From positions 180,001-212,000 of the forward strand of contig CP066689.1 of NCBI GenBank assembly GCA_016432445.1: a stretch of DNA of 32,000 bases, read 5' to 3'. The notes under the pieces were generated by a model. That model searched no databases. It saw nothing but the letters and a program-made list of their open reading frames with translations, and was not told where the DNA came from. Positions 1 through 9,345 of this stretch are shown here, in pieces. A program made the translations under genes and the position numbers. Source of the DNA: Candidatus Saccharimonadota bacterium. Lineage in GTDB: Bacteria > Patescibacteriota > Microgenomatia > UBA1406 > GWC2-37-13. How positions within the stretch are numbered: position 1 is the stretch's first letter; each line of letters opens with the position of its first letter.

Positions 1-836
1 TCAGGAGTAATAACTGTTTCCAGACAAAAAGGTCCATAAAGACCTCCGCCTTTCATTATTTTTTGGGAAGTAGCGACTACTCTTTCTCCCATAGCAAAAG
101 CTTCAGGAAGAAGAGATTCTCTCAAAGAGAGTGGACTATTGCCGACAACCACATAAGAAGGTTCAATTTTCAAGCCTTCCTGTCCTGTTAAGGGGATACG
201 GCCGAGGGAGTCAACATTGCTTTCATAACGCCGGTCCATACTCATGATTTCTAACTTTTTAGTTAAAGGAGAATAGAAATAATGAATATAAAAAGTATTA
301 CCGATAATATATTCTTGGATTACAAACTGGTCAGTACCAAATTTTTTCATTTTATTTTCAAAGTCCTTTCTATTTTTGGCATAAAAATAACCTTTGCCCC
401 CGGCAGCTCCATATGACTTAACGATTACTGGATAATAAATATCTTCTACGTCAGCAAACTGTCTGGGCAGATTTATATCTGCCTCTTTCAACCAATTTCT
501 TTGTTTCTGGCGATCAGTTTCCCATTCCAGAACTTGTTTATTGCCAAAATAGGGAATCTTGATTTTTTTGTTACCTTCAACACTAAGATATGCATTAAAA
601 GATCCATGGGGGATAAGAAATGTTTTTTTATCTTTAATTTTATTTTCGATGATTTTATAATCAAAAAAATTAGGAACTGAAATAATTTTTTTAATAAAAG
701 GAAACTGCTCATAAAAGTGAATGCGGTTAGGTGTGGTAATAAGAAGAGTATTAAAACCTTCGTCATGGGCACCTTTTAAGATTTGCAGAGCGGAGTGGCT
801 TCCTAAAGTAGCAATAGTATAACTTTGCCTTACCAT
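1..836 (-). CDS. purP: FAICAR synthetase, ATP-grasp, archaeal PurP type (formate-dependent); 3' end runs off the window
   Basis: Absent from the ORF track (no stop inside the window). My reverse-complement translation from the ATG at 836-834 stays open to position 1: MVRQSYTIATLGSHSALQILKGAHDEGFNTLLITTPNRIHFYEQF...YFGNKQVLEWETDRQKQRNWLKEADINLP...VIVKSYGAAGGKGYFYAKNRKDF. The IATLGSHSALQILKGA.DEGF start and the GA.GG.GYF block match PurP as I remember it. Confidence 0.8.
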   Translation of the reverse strand, partial: MVRQSYTIATLGSHSALQILKGAHDEGFNTLLITTPNRIHFYEQFPFIKKIISVPNFFDYKIIENKIKDKKTFLIPHGSFNAYLSVEGNKKIKIPYFGNKQVLEWETDRQKQRNWLKEADINLPRQFADVEDIYYPVIVKSYGAAGGKGYFYAKNRKDFENKMKKFGTDQFVIQEYIIGNTFYIHYFYSPLTKKLEIMSMDRRYESNVDSLGRIPLTGQEGLKIEPSYVVVGNSPLSLRESLLPEAFAMGERVVATSQKIMKGGGLYGPFCLETVITP

Positions 837-856
837 AAATTATTATACACTAACAA

Positions 857-1384
857 TTATTCTTTTACATAAGACAATAATAGTTTAGTTCTTTTTTTTA
901 GTGGCATTTTTGGTATTCTTACAACTTCTAAACCGAGTTCTACGTAGCTTTTCTCTAGTAAGTTTTCAAGGGACTTGGCTTGTTCATGAGATTCGGTTCG
1001 GGCATAATCTATTTGATAATCGAGCAATTCTAAAAGAAATATTTTTTTGTAGTAGCTCTTTTTAAGAGATTTTTTGAGCAGAATGTTTTTTTTTGTGATT
1101 AAGTCAAAGTATGCAGTACTATCAGGAATTCCTCTTTCCATAAACACAAGATTTTTTTTGTTTAATTTTTTTTCAAAAGCAACTTTTAGTTGCAATATCT
1201 TACGTTGAAAATCGAGTTCATTTTTTCTTATTTGTGCAAGTGTTTTACCTTTTTTTATTTCCTGATCAATATAAATTCTTGCCCACTCGTAAAATACCTT
1301 ATATCCTTTTTTTTCCAGCTCTTGAAGAAGAGTTGTTTTTCCTGAACATGGAGCACCGGTTATAACATACCAATTATTTTTCAT
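857..1384 (-). CDS. P-loop NTPase, AAA_28/NadR-C-terminal-like putative (nucleoside/nucleotide) kinase
   Basis: ORF 857..1405. The start is probably the internal MKNNWYVITG (ATG at 1384), which avoids overlap with the upstream gene. Walker A GAPCSGKTT is followed by LLQELEKKGY...EWARIYID, as in AAA_28-type ATPases. Confidence 0.7.
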   Translation of the reverse strand: MKNNWYVITGAPCSGKTTLLQELEKKGYKVFYEWARIYIDQEIKKGKTLAQIRKNELDFQRKILQLKVAFEKKLNKKNLVFMERGIPDSTAYFDLITKKNILLKKSLKKSYYKKIFLLELLDYQIDYARTESHEQAKSLENLLEKSYVELGLEVVRIPKMPLKKRTKLLLSYVKE

Positions 1385-1388
1385 ATTT

Positions 1389-2384
1389 TTATGCCCTTTG
1401 ACCATGTTTTAATCCGACTACTGATATTTCTTTCGTTTCTCTTAGGTCGTCAGGCATCGGAAAAAAACCTTCAATAGGTTGACCGTCAAGTAAATGCTTT
1501 TTTGTTACTAAAGTCTCCGATATTACTTTCCACGGTGTAAACGGATACAATCTAGAATCAATGTTTCCTCGTTTAGCCATTAAAAAATCTTTTTCAATGC
1601 TGTCGCCAAAATATATTATTCTTTTTTTTGAAGAAGCTGCCTCATTAATTACAGAAATACCATCTACACTGTAATCAATTAATCCTTGTTCGTCGAGCCA
1701 TTTGAAATGAGCTAAAGCCAAAGGAAACTGTCCAGGCTTAACTCTTCTTTTCATCTCTGTTGGATATTTTCTTGAACGGACATCATCTTCGGTTACTAAA
1801 ATATCAGGTTGAGTTAATTGATAGGTATCAAAAGTTCTTCTAATAAAAGATTCATGACCTGAAGAAATGATTTCCATATCTATAGGGACTCCTTCTTTTT
1901 TCAATTCATCAACGGTTCTTAAAAATATTAATGCATCTTCACATGGCTGAGGCCAGATTTGTCCATCTTCACCGCTTTTGCCTATTTCTTCAAGTAGATG
2001 TCTTAGTTTTTGTCCAACTAGTATTTGCGAAATAGTTTTTTCAGGAGAGGTTTCGTCCCAAGTTAGTTGATTATTTTGCATTTCAGGAATCAGATCTTTT
2101 ATATTTGGTCCTTCACGATCAAAAAAATCTCTTGCTTTATTTATCCAATTTTCATTATATTTTGCCCACTCTAATAATTCTTTAACAATCTCGGTTGGAG
2201 CTTTGCTATAAAGACCAAACAGTCGTAAGTATCGTTGTCCAATTCCTGACCCAAAAATCGCATCGAGCGCTAATTCGTAACTTTTTTTAATACTTATATT
2301 GTTGGGGCTAGGATTATAGGTTTCAAATAAAGTACCATCGAAATCACAAGCTAAAAGATATCTGGGTGTGTTTGATTTTTTCAT
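1389..2384 (-). CDS. HAD-superfamily hydrolase with a large cap insertion
   Basis: HAD motif I LLACDFDGTLFE, Ser motif IISSGHE, Lys KPGQ, and motif IV YFGDSIEKD. 3-4 nt gaps to neighbours indicate the same operon. Confidence 0.7.
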   Translation of the reverse strand: MKKSNTPRYLLACDFDGTLFETYNPSPNNISIKKSYELALDAIFGSGIGQRYLRLFGLYSKAPTEIVKELLEWAKYNENWINKARDFFDREGPNIKDLIPEMQNNQLTWDETSPEKTISQILVGQKLRHLLEEIGKSGEDGQIWPQPCEDALIFLRTVDELKKEGVPIDMEIISSGHESFIRRTFDTYQLTQPDILVTEDDVRSRKYPTEMKRRVKPGQFPLALAHFKWLDEQGLIDYSVDGISVINEAASSKKRIIYFGDSIEKDFLMAKRGNIDSRLYPFTPWKVISETLVTKKHLLDGQPIEGFFPMPDDLRETKEISVVGLKHGQRA

Positions 2385-2387
2385 TTA

Positions 2388-3200
2388 TTATTTTTTAAAA
2401 TAATTAATAGCGTTTTTGAAAATTTGTAAGCCATGTCCTTCTTTAGGAATCGGTTTTCGTTCATAGGACGATCGGCCTTTGGCCGATTTTTTTTTAAAAT
2501 AAGTCCAGTGGGGAAGTTGAGTGAAAAAAATAGCCCGTTCAGGATGAGGCATCATTCCCAAAATTCTTCCTGTTTCATCAGTTATTGAGGCTATATCATC
2601 AAGAGAGCCATTAGGATTAGCCGGTAAATTTTGCAGTTTGCAAATCTCATCATGGCAATATCTTGCAGAAATTAATTTTTTTTTCTTCAAAAGATTCATT
2701 ATCTCTGGCGGAGCATAAAATTTGCCTTCTCCATGGGCAATAGGCAAAGAAATATTTTTAATGCCTGAAAACCAAGGAGTATTGTTCTCAATTTTTAAAT
2801 CAACCCAGCGGACAGTATAGCGGGCATTATCATTATGAACTAAAGCTACTTCTCGTACTCCGTATTTTTTATCAAGAGCGGGTAGGAGTCCAAGGTTAGT
2901 TAGGATTTGAAATCCGTTACAAATACCAATAACTAAATTATCTTTTTCAACAAACTTTAAAACTTTTTCCCAAAGATGATTTTTAATTTTACTGGCAAAA
3001 GCGTTACCAGATCCTGTGTCATCGCCGTAAGAGAATCCTCCGGGAAAAGCTAATATTTGACCTTCCAGTTTTTTTGAACCATCAATGAAATCATTAATGT
3101 GAACAATTTCTCCTTTTGCGCCAGCCAGCTCAAAAGCATATTTTGTTTCTTCTTCACAGTTTAGTCCATATCCAGAAAATATTAAAACTTTCGGTTTCAT
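2388..3200 (-). CDS. purQ: Phosphoribosylformylglycinamidine synthase, glutamine amidotransferase subunit
   Basis: VLIFSGYGLNCEEET, GGFSYGDD, nucleophile elbow GICNGFQIL, and MPHPER His motif. Carries copy 1 of the 33-nt element (KKKSAKGRSSYER). Confidence 0.9.
   Translation of the reverse strand: MKPKVLIFSGYGLNCEEETKYAFELAGAKGEIVHINDFIDGSKKLEGQILAFPGGFSYGDDTGSGNAFASKIKNHLWEKVLKFVEKDNLVIGICNGFQILTNLGLLPALDKKYGVREVALVHNDNARYTVRWVDLKIENNTPWFSGIKNISLPIAHGEGKFYAPPEIMNLLKKKKLISARYCHDEICKLQNLPANPNGSLDDIASITDETGRILGMMPHPERAIFFTQLPHWTYFKKKSAKGRSSYERKPIPKEGHGLQIFKNAINYFKK
2458..2490. repeat. 33-nt GC-rich hairpin element, copy 1 (inside purQ)
   Basis: CGTTCATAGGACGATCGGCCTTTGGCCGATTTT. The core TCGGCC-TTT-GGCCGA is a 6-bp stem with a 3-nt loop. 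Confidence 0.9.
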
Positions 3201-3204
3201 CTTT

Positions 3205-6156
3205 TTAATAATTTTTAAATGTTGATTGATAATTTTTTAAAACTGAAGAAAGATCTAAATTAATTATTTTTTTATCTTTGTTATTTATAATAATTTTTTT
3301 TTCTTCGGTTACTTTTCCTAATAATGTAATTGGATTACCTTTCATCATTTTTTCAAATTTTTCTTTATTCTTTTTGTTTATAGTTACAACTATTCTTCCC
3401 TGTGATTCAGAGAAAAGATGAATAGGTTTATTAAATTTAATTTTTATTCCTAACATGCCGGCCATAGCCATTTTGGCTAAAGCAACAGCTAGGCCGCCGC
3501 GGGTAACACTGATTGATGAGGTGATTAAACCAAAACTTATGCTTCGGTAAAGAGCCTTATATAATTTAAGATTTTTTTTAGCATCAACTTTTGGGACTTT
3601 ATTTCCAACGGCACCAAATAAATTGAAAAACTCAGATCCTCCTGTTTCATCATACGTTTCACCTAATAAATAAATAAGATCACCCGGATTTTTCAAATCA
3701 ATTGAAACTGTTTTTTCGGCATCGTCCATAATGCCAATTGATGAGACCAAAAGAGTTGGTGGAATGGAAATTTTTATAGCATTTCCTTTCTCATCATATC
3801 CTTTAAAATCATTAAACATACTGTCTTTCCCTGATATAAAAGGAGTCCCATAAGAAGTGGCATAATCATAACAAGCAGCAACAGCTCTTTTTAGTTCTCC
3901 CAATTTTTGTGGATCATCAGGGCTGCACCAACAGAAATTATCAAGAAGAGCAATCTTTTGAGGATCAACTCCAACTGCAATCAAGTTACGTATGGCTGTA
4001 TCAATAGAACAGGCAGCCATATGATAAGTATCAATATCGGAATAAGTAGGATAAATCCCTTGGGACAAAGCGACAGCTTTTTTAGAATTTAAAAGAGGTT
4101 TAGTAACAGATGCTTCTCCATTTATTTTGCCTTTTCCTTGCAAAGGCTTTAATACCGAACCGCCTTGAACTTCATGATCGTATTGGCTGGAGATAAACTC
4201 AAAACTAGCTATATTTAATTTTTTTATTAAATCTAAAGTAATTTGATTAAAATTTAAATTTTTTTTAAGATGTGGCTCTTCATGAAAAGGGGGAGTAAAA
4301 CTGGTTTTCATTGGCCTTTTTGGTAATCCATCATGAAGAAAGTCCATTTCCATATTCATAATTTTTTTACCTTTATAAGTCACTAAACATTTTTTTGATT
4401 TAGTAAACTCGCCAATGACGGTTGCTTCAACCCCTCTTTTTTCCATTAATTTTTTAAACTTAAGCCATTTATTCTTAGGTACAGCCAAAGTCATTCTTTC
4501 CTGAGATTCTGAGATCCAAATCTGCCAAGGTTCAAGCCCAGGATACTTTAGAGGAATCTTTTCCAGTTCAACTTCAAAACCTCCGGATTCTTTGGCCATT
4601 TCTGCAACCGAACAAGATAATCCTCCAGCTCCGTTATCAGTAATACTGTTATACAGATTTAAGTCTCTGGCTTCCTTAACCAAAGCATCAGATAATTTTT
4701 TTTGAGTGATGGGGTCACCGATTTGAACAGCGGTTGCCGGACTTCCGGTTGATAAAGCTTCCGAGGAAAAAGTGGCACCATGGATACCGTCTTGCCCTAC
4801 ACGGCCGCCGACAACTACGATATAGTCTCCTGATTTAGCTTGTTTTTTATATGCTAATTTTTTGCCTATTTTTTTGGGAATTAAACCAACAGTGCCGACA
4901 AAAACTAATGGTTTTCCTTGATACCGTTTTTCAAAAAAAACAAAACCTTGGGGAGTTGGGATACCCGAACAATTTCCTCCAGAATTAACTCCATCTATTA
5001 CACCTTTCATAATACGTTCAGGCGGCAACATTTTTTGTTTGAGATGAGGATCTTTATAAAGTGGATAATTAATTTTTATATCCCCAAAACAATAGCCATA
5101 AATATTAATAATCGGTTTGGCACCTAAGCCAAAACCAATCGCATCACGATTTACTCCGACAATACCGGTTATTGCTCCACCATATGGATCAAGAGCGGAT
5201 GGACTATTATGAGTTTCGGCTTTGTGAGTTATCAAATATTTTTGATCAAATTCTATTGCTCCTGAATTATCTAAAAAAACGGAAACACAAAAATCTCGTC
5301 CAGAGGACGATCGGCCTTTGGCCGACTTTTTCTTTCTTATCTCATCCGTTGCTTTTTTAATGTAGGTTTCATAAAGCCCATCTTTAATATCATCTATTGG
5401 GTCGGCAAAAATTGTATGTTTACAATGCTCGGACCAGGTTTGAGCGATTGACTCAAGTTCAATATCTGTCGGATTTCTTTTTAATTTTTTAAAATAATTT
5501 TGGATCGTTTTCATGTAAGTTAAATCAAGAGCCAATGGTCCGCGTCTTGTGCCATCGTTATTTTTTATTCCTTGCCGGCCTATTATTTTCAACTCTTCGT
5601 CGGGAACATTTAAATTGACTTGCGTCACTTGAGTTTTATTTTGAAGATTGACTTTGGGAACAATTATGTCCATTCCTTTTTCTTTTATAAAATCCTTAAA
5701 GTTTTTAATATGAATCCTCTGAATTAAAGGGTTACCCATGTTTAGGCCTATTTGATGCGCCTCATTTTCCGTTATTACGCCATCAATAAAAGTTATTTGT
5801 GAAGTGAAAACTCCTTCTTGATCTTTAAATTTAATCTTTAGTAAGTCTTCGATAGCTTCCTTAGCAGTGTTGCCGACGTTATCTGTTACTCCTGGAAGGA
5901 AACCAATTTCAATAGCATAGTTGAATTTTTTTTGAGAAAAAGGATTAGTTAGCGAAACATCCTGAAAAACGGGATTGGAGAGCATTGATGAAATTTGAAC
6001 TAACTGAGTTTTTGTTAAATCTTTATTGATTGTGTAGACATCAACGATAAAAACTTCTTTAATTTTTTTATTGAAGCCGTTAGAGAAGAAGTCATTTTTC
6101 CTGACACGTGATCTAGCATCAGGAATTTTATAACAAACTTCAATCCTAGAATTCAT
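3205..6156 (-). CDS. purL: Phosphoribosylformylglycinamidine synthase, large-type synthetase subunit (PurS-like N-domain + linker + FGAM synthetase domain, no glutaminase domain)
   Basis: 983 aa. About 230 aa precede the WSEHCKHTIF motif, which resembles the large-PurL SEHCRHKIF more than the small-PurL SEHCSYK. Also has ETHNSPSALDPYGGAITG and the DNGAGGLS signature. Carries copy 2 of the 33-nt element (KKKSAKGRSSSGR). Confidence 0.9.
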   Translation of the reverse strand: MNSRIEVCYKIPDARSRVRKNDFFSNGFNKKIKEVFIVDVYTINKDLTKTQLVQISSMLSNPVFQDVSLTNPFSQKKFNYAIEIGFLPGVTDNVGNTAKEAIEDLLKIKFKDQEGVFTSQITFIDGVITENEAHQIGLNMGNPLIQRIHIKNFKDFIKEKGMDIIVPKVNLQNKTQVTQVNLNVPDEELKIIGRQGIKNNDGTRRGPLALDLTYMKTIQNYFKKLKRNPTDIELESIAQTWSEHCKHTIFADPIDDIKDGLYETYIKKATDEIRKKKSAKGRSSSGRDFCVSVFLDNSGAIEFDQKYLITHKAETHNSPSALDPYGGAITGIVGVNRDAIGFGLGAKPIINIYGYCFGDIKINYPLYKDPHLKQKMLPPERIMKGVIDGVNSGGNCSGIPTPQGFVFFEKRYQGKPLVFVGTVGLIPKKIGKKLAYKKQAKSGDYIVVVGGRVGQDGIHGATFSSEALSTGSPATAVQIGDPITQKKLSDALVKEARDLNLYNSITDNGAGGLSCSVAEMAKESGGFEVELEKIPLKYPGLEPWQIWISESQERMTLAVPKNKWLKFKKLMEKRGVEATVIGEFTKSKKCLVTYKGKKIMNMEMDFLHDGLPKRPMKTSFTPPFHEEPHLKKNLNFNQITLDLIKKLNIASFEFISSQYDHEVQGGSVLKPLQGKGKINGEASVTKPLLNSKKAVALSQGIYPTYSDIDTYHMAACSIDTAIRNLIAVGVDPQKIALLDNFCWCSPDDPQKLGELKRAVAACYDYATSYGTPFISGKDSMFNDFKGYDEKGNAIKISIPPTLLVSSIGIMDDAEKTVSIDLKNPGDLIYLLGETYDETGGSEFFNLFGAVGNKVPKVDAKKNLKLYKALYRSISFGLITSSISVTRGGLAVALAKMAMAGMLGIKIKFNKPIHLFSESQGRIVVTINKKNKEKFEKMMKGNPITLLGKVTEEKKIIINNKDKKIINLDLSSVLKNYQSTFKNY
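5297..5329. repeat. 33-nt GC-rich hairpin element, copy 2 (inside purL)
   Basis: CGTCCAGAGGACGATCGGCCTTTGGCCGACTTT, same orientation as copy 1. Confidence 0.9.
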
Positions 6157-6182
6157 TTGTATAATTTTTGAGCCATTAATTG

Positions 6183-7742
6183 TTAATGCCAGAAGGCGCG
6201 GCGGTTGGTAAATATCATTGGTATGCCAGCTTTGTTGGCCGCATCAATTGAATCTTGATCATGGATTGACCCGCCTTGTTGAACAATGGCGCCAATTCCA
6301 TATTTAGCTGCTTGTTTGACTGAGTCATCAAACGGAAAAAAACTGTCACTGGCTAAAATTCCTTGTTTTACATATTTTCCAGCCAGCCTTAAAGCAATGT
6401 TAGTTGACTCAATCCGCGAAGTTTGACCGGCGCCAATACCGCGGGTCATTGGTAATGTTTTATCAACAACTATCACAGAATTTGATCTTATTCTTGTTAA
6501 AAATTTCCAAGCCAACTGCATTTGTTTTAATTGTTTTTTTGTGGGTTTAACTTTAGTTACCACTTTCCAGTTTTTGAATCCTTCATCAATATTATCGTCC
6601 CAGTTTTGAAGTAAAAATCCACCATCAAAAAATCTGGCGTGAAGATTTCTTTCAACATTAAAAAGTTTCCCAAAAGTATAAATGCCCATTGTTTTTCGGA
6701 TTGCACTTAAATTCTTTATAGCTTTTTGAGTTATTCCAGGTGCTGCAAAAATATCAATGTTAGCCCGGTACTCATCTTTAAACTTAGAAATTACCGAAAC
6801 AATTTTTTCATCAATTGGTTTATTTAAAACAATCACTCCTCCAAAAGCTGAGATTGGATCAGCTTTTATTGTCCGCATTAAAGCTTCTTTGGGATTTTTT
6901 CCTAAAGCTATGCCGCAGGGACTATTATGTTTAATAATGACAGCTGTAGGTTCTTTAAAAAGCCTGACGACTTCGGTTCCAGCTACAATATCGGTCACAT
7001 TGACGTGGCTTAAAAATCGTCCAGCATGATGTTTAAGACCTTTTAAAGGAGAGGATGTTTGGGGTTCAAAATAAATAGCTCCTTTTTGATGAGGATTTTC
7101 TCCATAACGCAAGACAAAGTCTGATTTTCTTCCGGCTAAAGTGATTTCTTGAGGAAATTGTTCATGATTTAAAAATTTGGCAATCTGAGAATCATAAAAA
7201 GATAAATGTCCAAAAGCTTTTGCAGCCAATGTTTGCCGAAAATTATCATCAACTGATTTATTTTTCAATCCTTCGATTATTTTTTCATAATCTGCAGGGT
7301 TAACGACAACTAAAACATTCTTAAAATTTTTGGCTGCAGCTCTAACCATAGTTGGGCCTCCAACATCAATATTCTCAATAGCTTCATCCAAACTAACATC
7401 TGGTTTTTGGATTGTTTTTTCAAAAGGGTAGAGATTACAAACAACAAGATCAATCGGTTTTATCTTGAGTTCTTGAGCTTGTTTTACATGAATAGGATTT
7501 TTTCGATCAAAAAGGATTCCTGATTCAATCTGGAAGCTTATGGTTTTCATCCGTCCATCAAAACACTCAGGGTTACCGGTTATTTTCTGAATTGGTATAA
7601 CATTAATTTTGTTTTCATTAAGAACTTTCGCCGTCCCTCCTGTGGATATGATTTTATATCCTAATTGTTGAAGGGTTTTGGCGAACTTGATAAGTCCTTC
7701 TTTATTAAAAACACTAATTAGAGCAATTTTATTATTTTTCAT
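6183..7742 (-). CDS. purH: Bifunctional AICAR transformylase / IMP cyclohydrolase
   Basis: N-terminal MGS-like domain ALISVFNKEGL...IISTGGTAKVL. C-terminal AICARFT-like part ends ...GAIVQQGGSIHDQDSIDAANKAGIPMIFTNRRAFWH. Confidence 0.95.
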   Translation of the reverse strand: MKNNKIALISVFNKEGLIKFAKTLQQLGYKIISTGGTAKVLNENKINVIPIQKITGNPECFDGRMKTISFQIESGILFDRKNPIHVKQAQELKIKPIDLVVCNLYPFEKTIQKPDVSLDEAIENIDVGGPTMVRAAAKNFKNVLVVVNPADYEKIIEGLKNKSVDDNFRQTLAAKAFGHLSFYDSQIAKFLNHEQFPQEITLAGRKSDFVLRYGENPHQKGAIYFEPQTSSPLKGLKHHAGRFLSHVNVTDIVAGTEVVRLFKEPTAVIIKHNSPCGIALGKNPKEALMRTIKADPISAFGGVIVLNKPIDEKIVSVISKFKDEYRANIDIFAAPGITQKAIKNLSAIRKTMGIYTFGKLFNVERNLHARFFDGGFLLQNWDDNIDEGFKNWKVVTKVKPTKKQLKQMQLAWKFLTRIRSNSVIVVDKTLPMTRGIGAGQTSRIESTNIALRLAGKYVKQGILASDSFFPFDDSVKQAAKYGIGAIVQQGGSIHDQDSIDAANKAGIPMIFTNRRAFWH

Positions 7743-7751
7743 GATTTTAGA

Positions 7752-9308
7752 TTATCTTCTTTCTAAGACCGCTTTATCAGCGCTAAAAACATTTACAGGA
7801 TATTTTCCATCAGTACAGCCTAAGCAAAGACCAACCTCTCGGCCAACCGCTTCATTAACAGCCTGGCGGAATTGTTCAGGAGTTAAATAGGCCAAAGAAG
7901 TAACGCCTAATGAATACGCAAGTAATTCTTTTTGTAGATCTCTAGCAACTAATGGCCGCTCTGCATTAATATCTACGCCTAACCCTCCACAAGGTCCAAC
8001 TACAGGAGGAAAAGGTATTCTTAAATGAACTTCTTTGACTCCTTGATTATGGTTTATTCCCACTTTTCTGGAAATTGTTCTCATCATGCCTTTAGTAGTA
8101 GTTCCGCTTATTATCGAATCATCAAGTTCGACAATGTTTGCACCAACAAGATTGTCAAAAGGATGATACTTGTCAGCTACATTATCTCGTTCACTTTGAT
8201 CAGGATTCATAAATCCACGGAAAGCACCATTTAAAGTCCCATATCGATTTTTTAACATGGTTTCTACATTTTGTACATGAATTCCCCAGATTTTGGATAA
8301 AGCATAGGCATAGCCTTCAGCTAAAGGTCTGGCTGATTCAGGAACATTAGTTACATAATCAATAGTTCGTGGAGGAGGATATAAATGAGCGAGAGTTCTT
8401 CCAAGGTGATTTCTTATTGCATACAATTGGACTCCTTTAATTCGGCTGTCAGGTCTCATAAGATAAGCGATTTCCAAACCGCATAAAGATTCATGAGTAT
8501 TTTTATTAAACTGCATTATTTGTGGACCATCTTGAGTAAACTTTATTAATTGTCCAGGTTCAATTTCTGACTGATAAGAAATATCTAGACTATCAAAAGC
8601 AGGAGATTCTGAGGAAACAGCATAACCTTTAATTCCATCTTTCTCAAATTCAGCATAAGAAAGCGGTCGGTTACCAAAACTGTCCCGAGCCGCATAAAGG
8701 CAGCCATGTGGGTCATCAAGGCCAGTTGTTGCAATGGCCAGTGAAAAAGAGCCTTCCATTTGGTTTAAAGCATAAGAGATTTTATCTGACCAGATTTGGC
8801 CAGGAGCATCAGCAATAAGAGAGCTGATAATTTCGCTGTCAGAAGTTCCCTTAAATTCATAGCCTTTTGATTCCAGTTCTTCTTTCAATTTTTTTGCATT
8901 AATAATATTTCCATTGTGTGAGATTGTTACTTGACCTTGAGAAGTTTCAGTCATAAAAGGTCCGGCATTATTGATGTGTGGTTCTCCTGTAGTTGAATAA
9001 CGGCAATGTGAAATAGCAATTTGTCCAACTGTTTTTATTTCTGTTTTTTCTTCAATTCTTTTATATTCTTGATAAAGATTCCTTACTAATCCCATTCCTT
9101 TGAAGATTGGTAATATTCTTCCGTTATTAATAGTTGCAATTCCAGCTGATTCTTCACCGCGGTGTTGGTTTTCTAAAAGTCCGGTAAGAGTGAGAGGGAT
9201 AATTTCTTGAGTGAAAGCAGGATGGGGAAAGCTAAAAGCAAAAACACCGCATTCTTCTTTTGGTTTTCCGTACTCAACCATCGATAGTGCACATTGTTTT
9301 TCGCTCAT
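7752..9308 (-). CDS. purF: Amidophosphoribosyltransferase (propeptide + N-terminal Cys; C-terminal Cys cluster)
   Basis: EECGVFAFSF Ntn-Cys context, the PRPP-binding loop VELDDSIISGTT, and C-terminal CLGCTDGKYP Cys ligands as in Fe-S type PurF. Confidence 0.95.
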   Translation of the reverse strand: MSEKQCALSMVEYGKPKEECGVFAFSFPHPAFTQEIIPLTLTGLLENQHRGEESAGIATINNGRILPIFKGMGLVRNLYQEYKRIEEKTEIKTVGQIAISHCRYSTTGEPHINNAGPFMTETSQGQVTISHNGNIINAKKLKEELESKGYEFKGTSDSEIISSLIADAPGQIWSDKISYALNQMEGSFSLAIATTGLDDPHGCLYAARDSFGNRPLSYAEFEKDGIKGYAVSSESPAFDSLDISYQSEIEPGQLIKFTQDGPQIMQFNKNTHESLCGLEIAYLMRPDSRIKGVQLYAIRNHLGRTLAHLYPPPRTIDYVTNVPESARPLAEGYAYALSKIWGIHVQNVETMLKNRYGTLNGAFRGFMNPDQSERDNVADKYHPFDNLVGANIVELDDSIISGTTTKGMMRTISRKVGINHNQGVKEVHLRIPFPPVVGPCGGLGVDINAERPLVARDLQKELLAYSLGVTSLAYLTPEQFRQAVNEAVGREVGLCLGCTDGKYPVNVFSADKAVLERR

Positions 9309-9315
9309 TTTCGGG

Positions 9316-9345
9316 AATAAAAAAACCCGCTTTTTTAGCGGGTTT
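9316..9345 (-). terminator. Rho-independent terminator after era, ending 8 nt before the purF ATG
   Basis: Minus strand reads AAACCCGC-TAAAAAA-GCGGGTTT followed by TTTTATT. It lies between the era stop (9440) and the purF start (9308). Confidence 0.75.

Noticed and set aside
488-772. Track ORF of 94 aa on the minus strand (MPMTKVLILFLL...)
   Set aside because: It is an out-of-frame reading inside the purP coding region. The purP frame gives a long, motif-bearing protein, while this frame is low-complexity and hydrophobic.
3907-8234. Plus-strand ORFs 3907..4092, 4918..5127, 5172..5360, 6757..7029, 7678..7890 and 8025..8234
   Set aside because: All are antisense to well-supported purL, purH or purF coding sequence. 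They are short, have no recognisable motifs, and have the composition typical of antisense frames in AT-rich DNA.
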